Assembly: GCA_963846605.1 (NCBI GenBank)
Contig: CAWJWS010000007.1
Location: 342,299 to 406,298 of the forward strand
Direction of reading: 5' to 3'
From: an uncultured Pseudomonadota bacterium
GTDB lineage: Bacteria > Pseudomonadota > Gammaproteobacteria > Steroidobacterales > Steroidobacteraceae
DNA: 64,000 nucleotides
The position numbers and the translations under genes are program-made. The notes under the pieces were generated by a model. That model saw only the letters and a program-made list of their open reading frames with translations. It did not search any database and was not told the DNA's origin. Positions 46,193 through 55,135 of the stretch are shown here, piece by piece (position 1 is the first letter of the stretch; each line of letters opens with the position of its first letter).

Positions 46193-46764
46193 TGCGGAAG
46201 CTACGTCTCCTCGCGGCACTGTCGCCACTGCTTGGGCTCTGCGCCGGTTCCGTCGGCGCCCAGGAAGGCAAGCAGGTCCCCGTGTACAAGCTGGACTTGC
46301 GCAAGGTGCCCGACATACCCCAGGGCAATGCCGCGCTGGTGGCGGGCAACGCCGGGTCGGTGCCGGACCGCTTCTTTCTCGACAACCTCTACATGCTTCA
46401 GCCGGTGTCGGTGACCGTGCGGGCCGTGAATCCGGGCGGGATCGTCAACGTGAAGCTGACCAAGGACGAATGGAACAAGGTGCTGCGCGAAGGCACCACC
46501 GGCGCGGACAACCAGGTCGGCTTCAAATTCCGCACGCAGGGCGAGTTCCAGATCTCCATCACGTCGCCGCAACCCGATACGCCTTACAAGATGGTGGTGT
46601 GGGTAGGGCCCGACGTGGTGCCGAAGCCGGCCAAGCCGGTGTTCGCGCCCGCTTCCCAATTCGACGGCGGCTCGAAGAACTGGATGTGGTGGGCACTTGG
46701 CGGCGCCGGCGCCGTGATCCTGGTGCTCGCCGGCATGCTGCTGGGAAGGAGGAAGGCGTCATGA
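46189..46764 (+). CDS. Secreted protein with a C-terminal TM anchor, unknown function
   Basis: 191 aa. Its ATG overlaps the upstream stop (AATGATG). The signal is LRLLAALSPLLGLCAGSVGA, the body is beta-rich, and the C-terminal helix is WMWWALGGAGAVILVLAGMLLG followed by RRK. Confidence 0.7.
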   Translation: MMRKLRLLAALSPLLGLCAGSVGAQEGKQVPVYKLDLRKVPDIPQGNAALVAGNAGSVPDRFFLDNLYMLQPVSVTVRAVNPGGIVNVKLTKDEWNKVLREGTTGADNQVGFKFRTQGEFQISITSPQPDTPYKMVVWVGPDVVPKPAKPVFAPASQFDGGSKNWMWWALGGAGAVILVLAGMLLGRRKAS

Positions 46765-47735
46765 ATCACCGGACTGCTCTATCTATCGGCATCGCGGCGC
46801 TGTGCCCGCTGATGATGGCCCCGGTGAATGTCACCGGGTCCCTCGAGAACTTCACGCGCGGAACGCAGGGCGGGCAGAGCGCCGAATCCTGGGGCGCCTC
46901 CAGCAGTCAGGGGCAGACCGGCAGCTCCACCCAGAGTTCCACCCAGGGCTCCACCCAGAGTTCGACCCAAAGCGCTGGCGAAGCCGGCGACGGCCCGAAG
47001 CAGACTCCCAGCGACGGCAGCACCGACAGCAACAACAGCACGCAGGACCCCAAGGGCGAACCCAATCTTCCGGACAGCAACAACAGCACGCAGGATCCGA
47101 AGGGTGAACCCAACGACGGCAATCCGTCGCAGGACCCCAAGGGTGAGCCTAACTACGATGGTGGCGATTCGGGCAGCAGCTCGGGCGGACGATCGGGTAG
47201 TTCCGGCGGAAGCTCCAGCAGCGGCTCCAGCAGTTCGGGTGGCCGCGGCGGCAGCGGTGACATCCCGCCCCCGCTGAGCGACGACGACGGGCAGTACGAC
47301 CCGTCGAACAATGACGGTGACCAGCAGATACCCGCCGGTTGCGAGAATGCCGAATCCGAATGCGCTGCCTGCGTGCGCCGGCACGAGGACGCCATTTCCT
47401 TCAATCGCCGCTACCTGCATGTCGCCTGGTCGACGGCGCACGACATGATCATCAAGGCCAATCGCGCCATTGCCATAGGCGACACGGCCTCCGGCATGCA
47501 CGCCACGCAGGGCCTGGCCTGGCAGCTCGGCGGCAAGCCGCAGATCGTCGAGGCGCTCGATGACCTGCGCACCCATTACAAGGCAAAGGCGAAGATCTAC
47601 CTGGACCACATCCAGGACTCGGTGCGCCTGTTGGGGCAGTGCGAGGCGGACAACTTCGCCATCCGCGACCTGTACTCGCGGTTCGGCAACATGTACGTGG
47701 AGTTCCTGCGCTCGCGTTACGAGACGGCGGACTAG
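46761..47735 (+). CDS. Secreted Ser/Gly/Thr-rich repeat protein with a Cys-containing helical C-terminal domain, unknown function
   Basis: ATG 46761 overlaps the upstream stop (ATGA). It lies in the frame of ORF 46050..47735. The start is MNHRTALSIGIAALCPLMMAP. There are STQ repeats and DSNNSTQDPKGEPN repeats, a GS-rich tract, and then a domain of about 140 aa (CENAESECAACVRRHEDAI...). Confidence 0.7.
   Translation: MNHRTALSIGIAALCPLMMAPVNVTGSLENFTRGTQGGQSAESWGASSSQGQTGSSTQSSTQGSTQSSTQSAGEAGDGPKQTPSDGSTDSNNSTQDPKGEPNLPDSNNSTQDPKGEPNDGNPSQDPKGEPNYDGGDSGSSSGGRSGSSGGSSSSGSSSSGGRGGSGDIPPPLSDDDGQYDPSNNDGDQQIPAGCENAESECAACVRRHEDAISFNRRYLHVAWSTAHDMIIKANRAIAIGDTASGMHATQGLAWQLGGKPQIVEALDDLRTHYKAKAKIYLDHIQDSVRLLGQCEADNFAIRDLYSRFGNMYVEFLRSRYETAD
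47025..47153 (+). repeat. In-frame imperfect tandem repeat (48/42/39 nt units) encoding DSNNSTQDPKGEPN(LP) x2 and DGNPSQDPKGEPN
   Basis: GACAGCAACAACAGCACGCAGGA(C/T)CC(C/G)AAGGG(C/T)GAACCCAA starts at 47025 and 47073, and a diverged third unit starts at 47115. Confidence 0.8.
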
Positions 47736-48410
47736 CTACTTCGGCAGGCGGCGGATGAAGATGCAGGCGCCCGGGGAGAAGTACCGGGTATCGCCACTTC
47801 TTTCCTCCTGGCCGGTCACCTCGAAGCTCGACCCTGGTTCATGCGCCAGCGTCTCCAGGCGCACGCCGGACGACTTGAGGATGAACATGAGCATCAGCAG
47901 CGGGTGCTTGTCTCCCCGTGCGTCTTGAAGCACGAAGCCATCGCCGTTCGCGGTTTCGTCGAGGATCCTGCCCGTCAGAATCAGGAGCGGGCGCTTCGGA
48001 TCCCGTGGCGCGGCCACCTGGTCGTCCGCCGGCGGAATCACCCACGCCAGGGCCTTCACGCGCGGTAGTTCGACGTTCCGGAGTGCCGTCGCGCCGGGTT
48101 GCAGCGGGTCCAGTTCCGCCAGGCGCTCGAGGTACACGCGCTGGAGACAGCTCGCGTCGGTACAGGCATTGCGAACCGTGCGCAGCCAGTTGCGCTGATT
48201 CGCGCCTAGGCAACTGGCGGCGGACCCCACTTCCGCGCGGGCCGAGGCGTAATAACGGCCCAGGTACTCGTCGTACCCGGACAGCGTTTCGTTTCCGCAA
48301 ACGAGCTTCTCGACCGGCGTCGATGTCTTGGTGCAGTCGAAGGAGGCGGCCCGCGCCGCCCCGGCAACAAGCACGAGGATCAGCGATCCAACTACTCTGC
48401 ACGCGCGCAT
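47736..48410 (-). CDS. Secreted protein with an LprI/DUF1311-like N-terminal domain
   Basis: Lies within ORF 47736..48464. ATG 48410 gives MRACRVVGSLILVLVAGAARA. Then FDCTKTSTPVEKLVCGNETLSGYDEYLGRYY...NQRNWLRTVRNAC...CLQRVYLERLAEL. Confidence 0.65.
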   Translation of the reverse strand: MRACRVVGSLILVLVAGAARAASFDCTKTSTPVEKLVCGNETLSGYDEYLGRYYASARAEVGSAASCLGANQRNWLRTVRNACTDASCLQRVYLERLAELDPLQPGATALRNVELPRVKALAWVIPPADDQVAAPRDPKRPLLILTGRILDETANGDGFVLQDARGDKHPLLMLMFILKSSGVRLETLAHEPGSSFEVTGQEERSGDTRYFSPGACIFIRRLPK

Positions 48411-48460
48411 GTGTCCTCCCGGCCCCGGGGCGATGTTAGCACCGCCCCGGGAGTAGACCG

Positions 48461-48994
48461 TCAAGCCGCGGCGCGCGCGGGCAGCACGCGGCTGTTGCGC
48501 AGCACCGCCGCGGTGAGCAACGACACCAGCACGCCCACGGGAAAGATCTCGATGAAGGTCCAGGGCATGCGATGCAGCGGCTTCTGGTAGTTCTCCGAGA
48601 ACTCCTTTGCGTGCGCCGCGGCCTGGGCCACCTGCTCGGGTGTGCCGCCCTTGGCTTCATTCACGATGTAGCTGGAATAGAACTCGATGAAGTCGAAGTT
48701 GCTGTTGGCGAAACAGATTTCCCAGGCGAGCACGTACATCACGGAGGCCACCAGGGTGATCGCCAGGCCGAGACCCAGTGCCGGCAGGAAGCGGATGGCG
48801 CCACCCAGCACCTTGTCGCGATAACTCTTCACACCCAGGAACACGGACGTGAGCGCCACCAGCATGATGAGGTAGCCGGCCACCATGCCCAGTGGCGGCT
48901 GTTCTCCCGGCGCCAGCGTGAGAAAGCCCCAGAGCATGGGGACCGAAACGATGACGCCGGCGAGGGCGCCGTAGAAAAGAATCACTGCGATCAT
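48461..48994 (-). CDS. DUF4199-family membrane protein
   Basis: 177 aa with four TM helices and the typical VKSYRDKVLGGAIRF motif. Its stop overlaps the downstream gene's ORF region. Confidence 0.75.
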   Translation of the reverse strand: MIAVILFYGALAGVIVSVPMLWGFLTLAPGEQPPLGMVAGYLIMLVALTSVFLGVKSYRDKVLGGAIRFLPALGLGLAITLVASVMYVLAWEICFANSNFDFIEFYSSYIVNEAKGGTPEQVAQAAAHAKEFSENYQKPLHRMPWTFIEIFPVGVLVSLLTAAVLRNSRVLPARAAA

Positions 48995-49146
48995 GAAGCA
49001 CCTTTGTGAGGGATCGTGGCTACCAGGCGTTCAAATGCCGGGTTGGCCCGCGGGCGGCAATCGTACGAACGGGTGATTCCAGCCAGATCGTTCATTTGGG
49101 ACCCTGGCAGAGTCCATTTGGGGCTCCAAGGCTCCCTTTCATTGCC

Positions 49147-49566
49147 TCAACGGATCATCCCCAACTCGCGCGCCCTTGCAATCGCCTCGGTGCGCCGCCG
49201 CACTTCGAGCTTTTCGAACAGGTTGGCGAGGTGGGATTTCACCGTGTTCGGCGACAGCTCGAGCCGCCTCGCGATCTCCTTGTTCGGGTGGCCCGCCGCG
49301 AGCAGCTCCAGTACCTGCAGCTCGCGCCCGCTGATGCCCAAGGATTGCAGTACCTGGGTGTTCGCCACGAACTCCCGCGCGGGCGGGCGGCGAAACAGCC
49401 GGGACCCGGCCCAGATGCCCAGCCCCAGGAAGCCCAGGGCGATGAGGACGACGTACGTCTCCGTGGCGTGCGTGCGGACCACGTAGTGGAACTCCAGCCA
49501 TTGGAGTCCGGCCGCCAGGGCGGCCAGCAACAGACCGTAGATCAGGATGGTGCGGGTCACGGGCAT
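49147..49566 (-). CDS. Membrane-tethered LuxR-type HTH regulator (2 TM + LuxR_C)
   Basis: 139 aa with the helices [18 protein letters not shown] and [17 protein letters not shown], then [44 protein letters not shown]. Confidence 0.8.
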   Translation of the reverse strand: MPVTRTILIYGLLLAALAAGLQWLEFHYVVRTHATETYVVLIALGFLGLGIWAGSRLFRRPPAREFVANTQVLQSLGISGRELQVLELLAAGHPNKEIARRLELSPNTVKSHLANLFEKLEVRRRTEAIARARELGMIR

Positions 49567-49655
49567 GGAAGTTTGCCACGCGGCACAAGCGCTCCGTAAG
49601 CGCGCCCGGGCAGCCCGGGGACGGGTTCATCGTCGCGCCGCACGCTGCCGCGTGA

Positions 49656-51266
49656 TCAGTCTTCGCCGCCCTCGATCCGCTTGAAGACCTGGTCTTCAAA
49701 AGCTTTCCCGGTGGCTTCCGCCTGGCCGGGATCGCCGAGATCGAAGAAGCCCGCCTGGATCGCCTTGCCGATGGCATCCGGCGTCGCGGCGACCACCGTG
49801 GCCATCTGGTCGCCCGATGCGAGCACGTAGTAGCGCTCCGGAAGTTTGCGGTCCGCCATCATCGCGTTGAGCAGGTCGAGCACGGCGCCGACGTCGAACC
49901 AGTCGCCGAGATTCTCGGCGCGCACGCGGAACCGCTTGCCGCCGGAATAGGCCGTGAGTTGATAGGGAGCGGACTCGTCTTCGATCGGAGGCGCGGCTTC
50001 GTCGAACACCGCGTCGCCGAGCGCCGGTGACGTGAGCGTCGCGAGCTGGCGCAGCAGCGAGTCGTGATGATTCGGCCACATGCCGGTTTCCACGTCGAAA
50101 CCGTAGGCCACGTTCGCTTCCATCAAAAGGAGTTCCGGCACGCTGTGGTCGAGCCTGGAGGCATCGAGCCTGTCCATGTGCCGGAATCCCATCGCCGCGA
50201 GCTCGTCGATCCGCGCCCGAATCACGCGCTCGGGTTCGGGGCTGTGCTCGTCGACGACATCGCCGTCGACTGCCGCCTCCGCGGTCTTGGCGCCGAAGAT
50301 CGCCGTGTAGTCCACGGGCGCGTCGCACGCGGGATCTTTGCGGCGCTGGCATGCGGCCTCCGCCAGCGCCTTGCCCTTGGGGTTGCCGGACTGCCGGAAG
50401 GCCAGCGCCACTTCGTCGGCGACCTCGCGATCCTTGATCTGCGCATGGATTGCGAGCAACGCCTGGTCGGCGCGCGCGTCCTTCAAGCCGGTCATGGTGA
50501 ACGCGGCGCTTCGGGGTGATTCGGTGGATGCCGTGGGGTCGTAACCCAGAACCACGTCGCGACCCGTATCTTTGCCTGCCGGAGGCTGGATGATCTGCGG
50601 CTTCACCTTCGGCGCCAGGATGATGTCGCGGGCGGCGGCGGCGAGGCGCGGATGATAGGCAGGCTGCTCCCGCCGGTTGTCGAAGTACCGGCCCCAGGGA
50701 TCGAAGTACTTGAGCACCGCCCAGGGAGGCGTATCCGCCCTCAGCATCGCGTCGGCGTCGCCACGCGTGGAGCACTCGCTCGCGAACAGGCCTGCCAGGG
50801 CGAGCCGTTGCGCGCTCGCGGGCCCTTGAATGATCGGGCGCACGGCGGCGCAGAACTGTGGCGATGCGGGCTGATGATTCAGGGCAGCCTGCCAGAGCTG
50901 GCCCCAGGCTAGGTGGTCGTGGACGGGTATCGCGTTCGACGCGGTCTGCAGTCTCGCCAGCCAGCCGGCATCACCCATAGCGAGGAGATCGATCGCATGG
51001 GCTTCCGGCGGATCGCCGCCCCTGCGTAGCCATTCGCGCATGGCTTGGGTGGACGAGGGCAGAGGCGCGGAGAAGCGCGCTGGCACCGGGAATATGTCGA
51101 TGCGCACGGCTTCCCGCTTTGGCGGCTTCCGGGAGTCTTGTTCCTCTGCCGCTTCCGGCGGTGGCGCCGCGGCTCTGCGAGGTTCTGCGGCGTCCCCACA
51201 ACCGATGGCGCCCCACGCCACCAGGGCCACGCCCGACAGCAGGCTCCATTGCTTGAATGAGTACAT
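49656..51266 (-). CDS. Large lipoprotein, unknown function
   Basis: 536 aa with the lipobox GAIGCGD. No family was recognised. Confidence 0.7.
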   Translation of the reverse strand: MYSFKQWSLLSGVALVAWGAIGCGDAAEPRRAAAPPPEAAEEQDSRKPPKREAVRIDIFPVPARFSAPLPSSTQAMREWLRRGGDPPEAHAIDLLAMGDAGWLARLQTASNAIPVHDHLAWGQLWQAALNHQPASPQFCAAVRPIIQGPASAQRLALAGLFASECSTRGDADAMLRADTPPWAVLKYFDPWGRYFDNRREQPAYHPRLAAAARDIILAPKVKPQIIQPPAGKDTGRDVVLGYDPTASTESPRSAAFTMTGLKDARADQALLAIHAQIKDREVADEVALAFRQSGNPKGKALAEAACQRRKDPACDAPVDYTAIFGAKTAEAAVDGDVVDEHSPEPERVIRARIDELAAMGFRHMDRLDASRLDHSVPELLLMEANVAYGFDVETGMWPNHHDSLLRQLATLTSPALGDAVFDEAAPPIEDESAPYQLTAYSGGKRFRVRAENLGDWFDVGAVLDLLNAMMADRKLPERYYVLASGDQMATVVAATPDAIGKAIQAGFFDLGDPGQAEATGKAFEDQVFKRIEGGED

Positions 51267-51371
51267 TTGTTCCCGCCTAGCTAATTGCCTGATCGTTCCG
51301 CGTGGTTCGCCACCTGGCGGAGCCGAATTCTTCCTACAGCCCGCGGCCGCCGCCGCTTTCTAACATGGATC

Positions 51372-52757
51372 ATGACGCGCAACAGACTTCCGCTGGTGGG
51401 CTGGCCCGGCAAGGTGATGATCGTCTTGCTAGGTCTGGGCGTGCTTTTCCTGCTTACCACCTGCGTTGCCTGCAGCTCGCTGACAGCCGCGCGCAGCGGC
51501 CCGCAGGACTCGCCTGTCACCAGTGTAGGCGCCAGCCCCACGCTTCCCGCGCCGCAGAAACCGAAGCTCATTCCCACGGTCCGGATCGCCGAGGCCAGCG
51601 CCTGGCCCACGGGCGCGACTCCTATGGCCGGCGGCGGCCTCGAGGTGAAGGCCTTCGCCACCGGCTTCGATCATCCGCGCTGGCTGTACGTGCTGCCCAA
51701 TGGTGACGTGCTGGTGGCCGAGACCAATGCGCCCAAGCGGCCAAAGGACGAGGAGGGGTTCAAGGCCAAGGTGATGAAGAAGATGCGCGGCAAGGCCGGA
51801 GCGGGAGCCGCTTCCGCGAACCGGATCACCCTGGTACGTGATGCGGACAACGATGGCGTCGCGGAGACGCGCAGCGTGCTGTTGTCAGGTCTCGAGTCCC
51901 CGTTCGGCATGGAACTCATAGGCTCGGACCTGTTCGTGGCCAACACGAATGCCGTCGTGAAGTTCCGCTACGCAACCGGCTCCATCGAAATCCGGGAGCC
52001 CGGCGTGAAGCTCACGGACCTTCCCGCCGGTGAGCGCAATCATCATTGGACCAAGAACATCATCGCCGATGCCGCGCGCCAGAAGCTCTACGCCACCGTA
52101 GGCTCCAACAGCAACGTGGCCGAGAACGGCATGGCCGAAGAAGAGGGGCGCGCCGCGATCTGGGAGATCGATGTGGCCACCGGCGAGAAGAAGTTGTTTG
52201 CCACCGGATTGCGCAATCCGAACGGGATGGCCTGGGAACCGAAGACCGGCATGCTGTGGACCGTGGCCAACGAACGCGACGAACTGGGCGACGATCTCGT
52301 GCCCGACTACCTGACGTCCGTGCAACGGCAAGGTTTCTACGGCTGGCCGTATTCCTACTTCGGGCAGCACGTGGACGTTCGCGTGGAGCCGCCGCGCCCG
52401 GACCTGGTGGCGAGCGCCATCGCTCCGGATTACGCGCTCGGCGCGCATGTGGCGGCACTCGGCCTGGCGTATTCCAGCGGCGAGGGCATGCCGTCCCATC
52501 TCGGTGAAGGGATGTTCATCGGCGAGCATGGTTCGTGGAATCGCGATCCGCCCGCGGGCTACAAGGTGGTCTTCGTGCCCTTCGTCAACGGCAAGCCGTC
52601 CGGCGTGCCGATGGATGTGCTCACCGGCTTCGTGAGCAACGAGGGCGTGGCATGGGGGCGCCCCGTGGGCGTGGCCATCGACAAATCAGGCGCATTGCTC
52701 GTGGCGGACGACGTGGGCAATGTCGTCTGGCGCGTGACGCCGGCGAAATCGCGCTGA
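51372..52757 (+). CDS. PQQ-dependent sugar (sorbosone/glucose) dehydrogenase-family protein
   Basis: Lies within ORF 51285..52757. ATG 51372 gives [34 protein letters not shown]. The beta-propeller motifs are [27 protein letters not shown] and [19 protein letters not shown]. Confidence 0.85.
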   Translation: MTRNRLPLVGWPGKVMIVLLGLGVLFLLTTCVACSSLTAARSGPQDSPVTSVGASPTLPAPQKPKLIPTVRIAEASAWPTGATPMAGGGLEVKAFATGFDHPRWLYVLPNGDVLVAETNAPKRPKDEEGFKAKVMKKMRGKAGAGAASANRITLVRDADNDGVAETRSVLLSGLESPFGMELIGSDLFVANTNAVVKFRYATGSIEIREPGVKLTDLPAGERNHHWTKNIIADAARQKLYATVGSNSNVAENGMAEEEGRAAIWEIDVATGEKKLFATGLRNPNGMAWEPKTGMLWTVANERDELGDDLVPDYLTSVQRQGFYGWPYSYFGQHVDVRVEPPRPDLVASAIAPDYALGAHVAALGLAYSSGEGMPSHLGEGMFIGEHGSWNRDPPAGYKVVFVPFVNGKPSGVPMDVLTGFVSNEGVAWGRPVGVAIDKSGALLVADDVGNVVWRVTPAKSR

Positions 52758-52768
52758 CGCGGGCGCTA

Positions 52769-53011
52769 CTACTTCTCGAACTTCATTCGCCACAGCGTGA
52801 TGCCGACGAACACCGCCGCCTGGCCGAGGATGACCAGCAGCACCCCGCCGTGCAGCACCTGGACGACCAGCGCCGAGACGGCGATCGAAGCGAGCGCCCA
52901 ATAGAGCCCATGGTTCGGACGGTCGCCATTTTTGGCTTCCATCTTGCCGCCCATGAAGAAGCAGTAGGCGAACACGAAGGCGACGATCCAGGCGGGTGTC
53001 AGAAAGATCAT
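52769..53011 (-). CDS. Small membrane protein (80 aa), unknown
   Basis: The internal ATG 53011 of ORF 52769..53194 overlaps the stop of the upstream gene (ATGA). Three hydrophobic segments are present (MIFLTPAWIVAFVFAYCFF...). Confidence 0.5.
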   Translation of the reverse strand: MIFLTPAWIVAFVFAYCFFMGGKMEAKNGDRPNHGLYWALASIAVSALVVQVLHGGVLLVILGQAAVFVGITLWRMKFEK

Positions 53012-53418
53012 CGGGTGGCCTCCGGTTCGGGTTCCATGATTGGCGGAGGCTGATGTTGCGCGATCAATTCTTTCAGGACCACCGGCGCTCCCCGCAGATA
53101 CAGCGCGAGTCCTTGGACGAGCGGAGTGGACATGTCGTCGGCGTGGTCCACGCCGTTGCTTCTGAAGTAGCGGGTCAGCTCGTTGCTCTGCCACAGGCCG
53201 AGCCGGTTGCGCACATACATGCCGAAGTCGAAGTGCAGCTTGCCGATGTCTTCCAATGACATGCCCGACAACAGCTTCCTGTCCCCGGCTGACAACCCGG
53301 ACGCGAGCGTTTCAAAGGGCTCGCAGAAGAGGGCGGGCGCGACATTGCACGGCGGCGGCGGGCGGTGCTGGCAACCCGCCACCATGCACAAACTACCGAT
53401 CAGGACTCGCGCATTCAC
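53008..53418 (-). CDS. Small lipoprotein, unknown function
   Basis: 136 aa with MNARVLIGSLCMVAGC. It is translationally coupled to 52769..53011. Confidence 0.6.
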   Translation of the reverse strand: MNARVLIGSLCMVAGCQHRPPPPCNVAPALFCEPFETLASGLSAGDRKLLSGMSLEDIGKLHFDFGMYVRNRLGLWQSNELTRYFRSNGVDHADDMSTPLVQGLALYLRGAPVVLKELIAQHQPPPIMEPEPEATR

Positions 53419-53475
53419 ACCGGGATTGTGGCTGACGATCGCGGTGCCGTCATGCCAGCCCGCGTGATCTGAATC

Positions 53476-53847
53476 TCAGTCCCGCCTGATGAGCACCGAA
53501 TGATCGTCCGCCGCCCGTAGCAGCGCGACCAGGGCGTCGCAGGCCATGTCGCGCCATTCCAGGCCGAGAGCGCCTGCCGAGCGCCTGACGACACAGGCCG
53601 GCAGCGTGATGCGGCCTTCCGGCGCGGCGGTCGTGGTCACCACCACATCGAGCGCCGCGAGCACCGGCAACCTCGATGCCGTGATCAACAGCGCACCGCT
53701 GATGCTGGCATTGCGGAGACGTCCATGGCCTAACAACTCGCCGGCGAGCTCCAGCCGGACCGGCAGATCCAGCGGGACGCGTGCGCCCCAGCGGTGCTCC
53801 ATGAAGGCGGGTCTGTTGACTGTGGCGGTTTGCATCTGCATCTCCAT
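53476..53847 (-). CDS. PilZ-domain protein
   Basis: Lies within ORF 53476..53883 (GTG). ATG 53847 gives MEMQMQ. The PilZ-like motifs are EHRWGARVPL (RxxxR context) and NASISGALL (D/NxSxxG). Confidence 0.65.
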   Translation of the reverse strand: MEMQMQTATVNRPAFMEHRWGARVPLDLPVRLELAGELLGHGRLRNASISGALLITASRLPVLAALDVVVTTTAAPEGRITLPACVVRRSAGALGLEWRDMACDALVALLRAADDHSVLIRRD

Positions 53848-53970
53848 GATCTCGTCCTCCTGTGCGCTGAGACTACCGCCCACGCTCCCCGCTGGCGATT
53901 CGCACCGCCGCGTAACGGGATCAGGATTGTTACGGATGCGTGGGCAGGCGCGCGGGAGTCAGCTATCCGC

Positions 53971-54669
53971 ATGAAGAAATGGCACTTTCTCCTCATGCTG
54001 CTGGCCCTGTCGCCCGCGGCTCCCGCAGCCTCGCAAACCGCCAAGGACTTCGCCGCCATCCTCGCGATGAAGCCGGACGAGGACCGCGGCCGCGAACTCT
54101 TCAACGCCTGCACCCGCTGTCACGGTCCCGCCGGTGCAGGAGAAACTTCCGGTTCCACACCGCGCATCTCGGGGCAGCATCACCGGGTGCTCGTGCGCCA
54201 GATCGTGGATTTCCGGAAGGGCAAGCGCTGGGATTTCCGCATGGAGGGCGTCGCCGCCGCGCACGACAAGATCTGGCAGCTCCAGGATGTTGCCGACGTG
54301 GCGTGGTACGTCAGCCGCGCGCCCTGGGCCGGTCCCACCGGGTTCGGTGACGGACAATTCACGGAGCTCGGTGAGCAGCTGTATGCGGCGAACTGCGGCA
54401 GTTGCCACGGCGCGGGGGCCGAAGGCGACAACACGCGCGATGTGCCCCGGCTCGCAGGCCAGCATTCCGCCTACCTGGCGCGGCAGATCTACGACGCGGT
54501 GGACGGCCGGCGGCCGATGCTGACCCGATCCCACGGAAAGCGGCTGTCGACACTCACCTTCGAGCAGGTGCGGGGCATCACGGACTGGCTTTCACGGCTG
54601 GGCGGAAGCGAGCCGGCGCCAGGCGCGGACGGTATCGCCGCTCCCGGGCGGATCGACGGTCATCCCTAA
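53971..54669 (+). CDS. Dihaem c-type cytochrome (c4-like)
   Basis: Lies within ORF 53794..54669. ATG 53971 gives MKKWHFLLMLLALSPAAPAA. Two CxxCH motifs are present (CTRCH, CGSCH), each followed by PRI/LAGQH. Confidence 0.85.
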   Translation: MKKWHFLLMLLALSPAAPAASQTAKDFAAILAMKPDEDRGRELFNACTRCHGPAGAGETSGSTPRISGQHHRVLVRQIVDFRKGKRWDFRMEGVAAAHDKIWQLQDVADVAWYVSRAPWAGPTGFGDGQFTELGEQLYAANCGSCHGAGAEGDNTRDVPRLAGQHSAYLARQIYDAVDGRRPMLTRSHGKRLSTLTFEQVRGITDWLSRLGGSEPAPGADGIAAPGRIDGHP

Positions 54670-55134
54670 CCACTCCGCCAGTTCGATCATCCGTTGATTG
54701 CCCGCGAGGATGGTGCCGTAGATCTCGCGGAAGCCCTGGCGCGCGGCGTGGGCGAATAGTTCGGGAATGATCGTCGTGGCGATGCCGCGGCATTGCCAGT
54801 CGTCCGCGATCGCCACGGCGAATTCGCAGGTGTCACCGCCGGTATCCGCGGCGTACCGGGCGACGCCGATGATCCGCTCCGCTTCGCCTTCACCGTGCAG
54901 CGCTACCAGCGCCATGGAATCGCTCTGATCCACGTCCACGAGCTTCGCGACCAAGGCGTCGGAGGGCTCGCGGAATTCATGCATGAAGCGCGCATACCGC
55001 GACTGCGGACTCATTCGCAGGATGAACTCACGCTCCCGGCCGGCATCCGCGCGCGAGATCGGCCGGATGCGGTACTCGACTCCATCGCTCGTGGATGCCT
55101 TCAGCGGCCATCTCGGCGCCGGGGCGGGGCACAC
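54592..55134 (-). CDS. GNAT-family N-acetyltransferase
   Basis: 180 aa with a GTG start. Motif A is QCRGIATTIIPELFAHAARQGF. It lies directly downstream of fixJ (1-nt gap) and overlaps the convergent cytochrome gene by 78 nt. Confidence 0.75.
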   Translation of the reverse strand: MCPAPAPRWPLKASTSDGVEYRIRPISRADAGREREFILRMSPQSRYARFMHEFREPSDALVAKLVDVDQSDSMALVALHGEGEAERIIGVARYAADTGGDTCEFAVAIADDWQCRGIATTIIPELFAHAARQGFREIYGTILAGNQRMIELAEWLGMTVDPPGSGDTVRAWRRLASAQP

Positions 55135-55135
55135 T

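Noticed and set aside
46050-46760. Upstream 237 codons of ORF 46050..47735
   Set aside because: They overlap the OmpA-like gene end and the whole 46189..46764 gene in another frame. The signal peptide of the real product starts at ATG 46761, coupled to the upstream stop.
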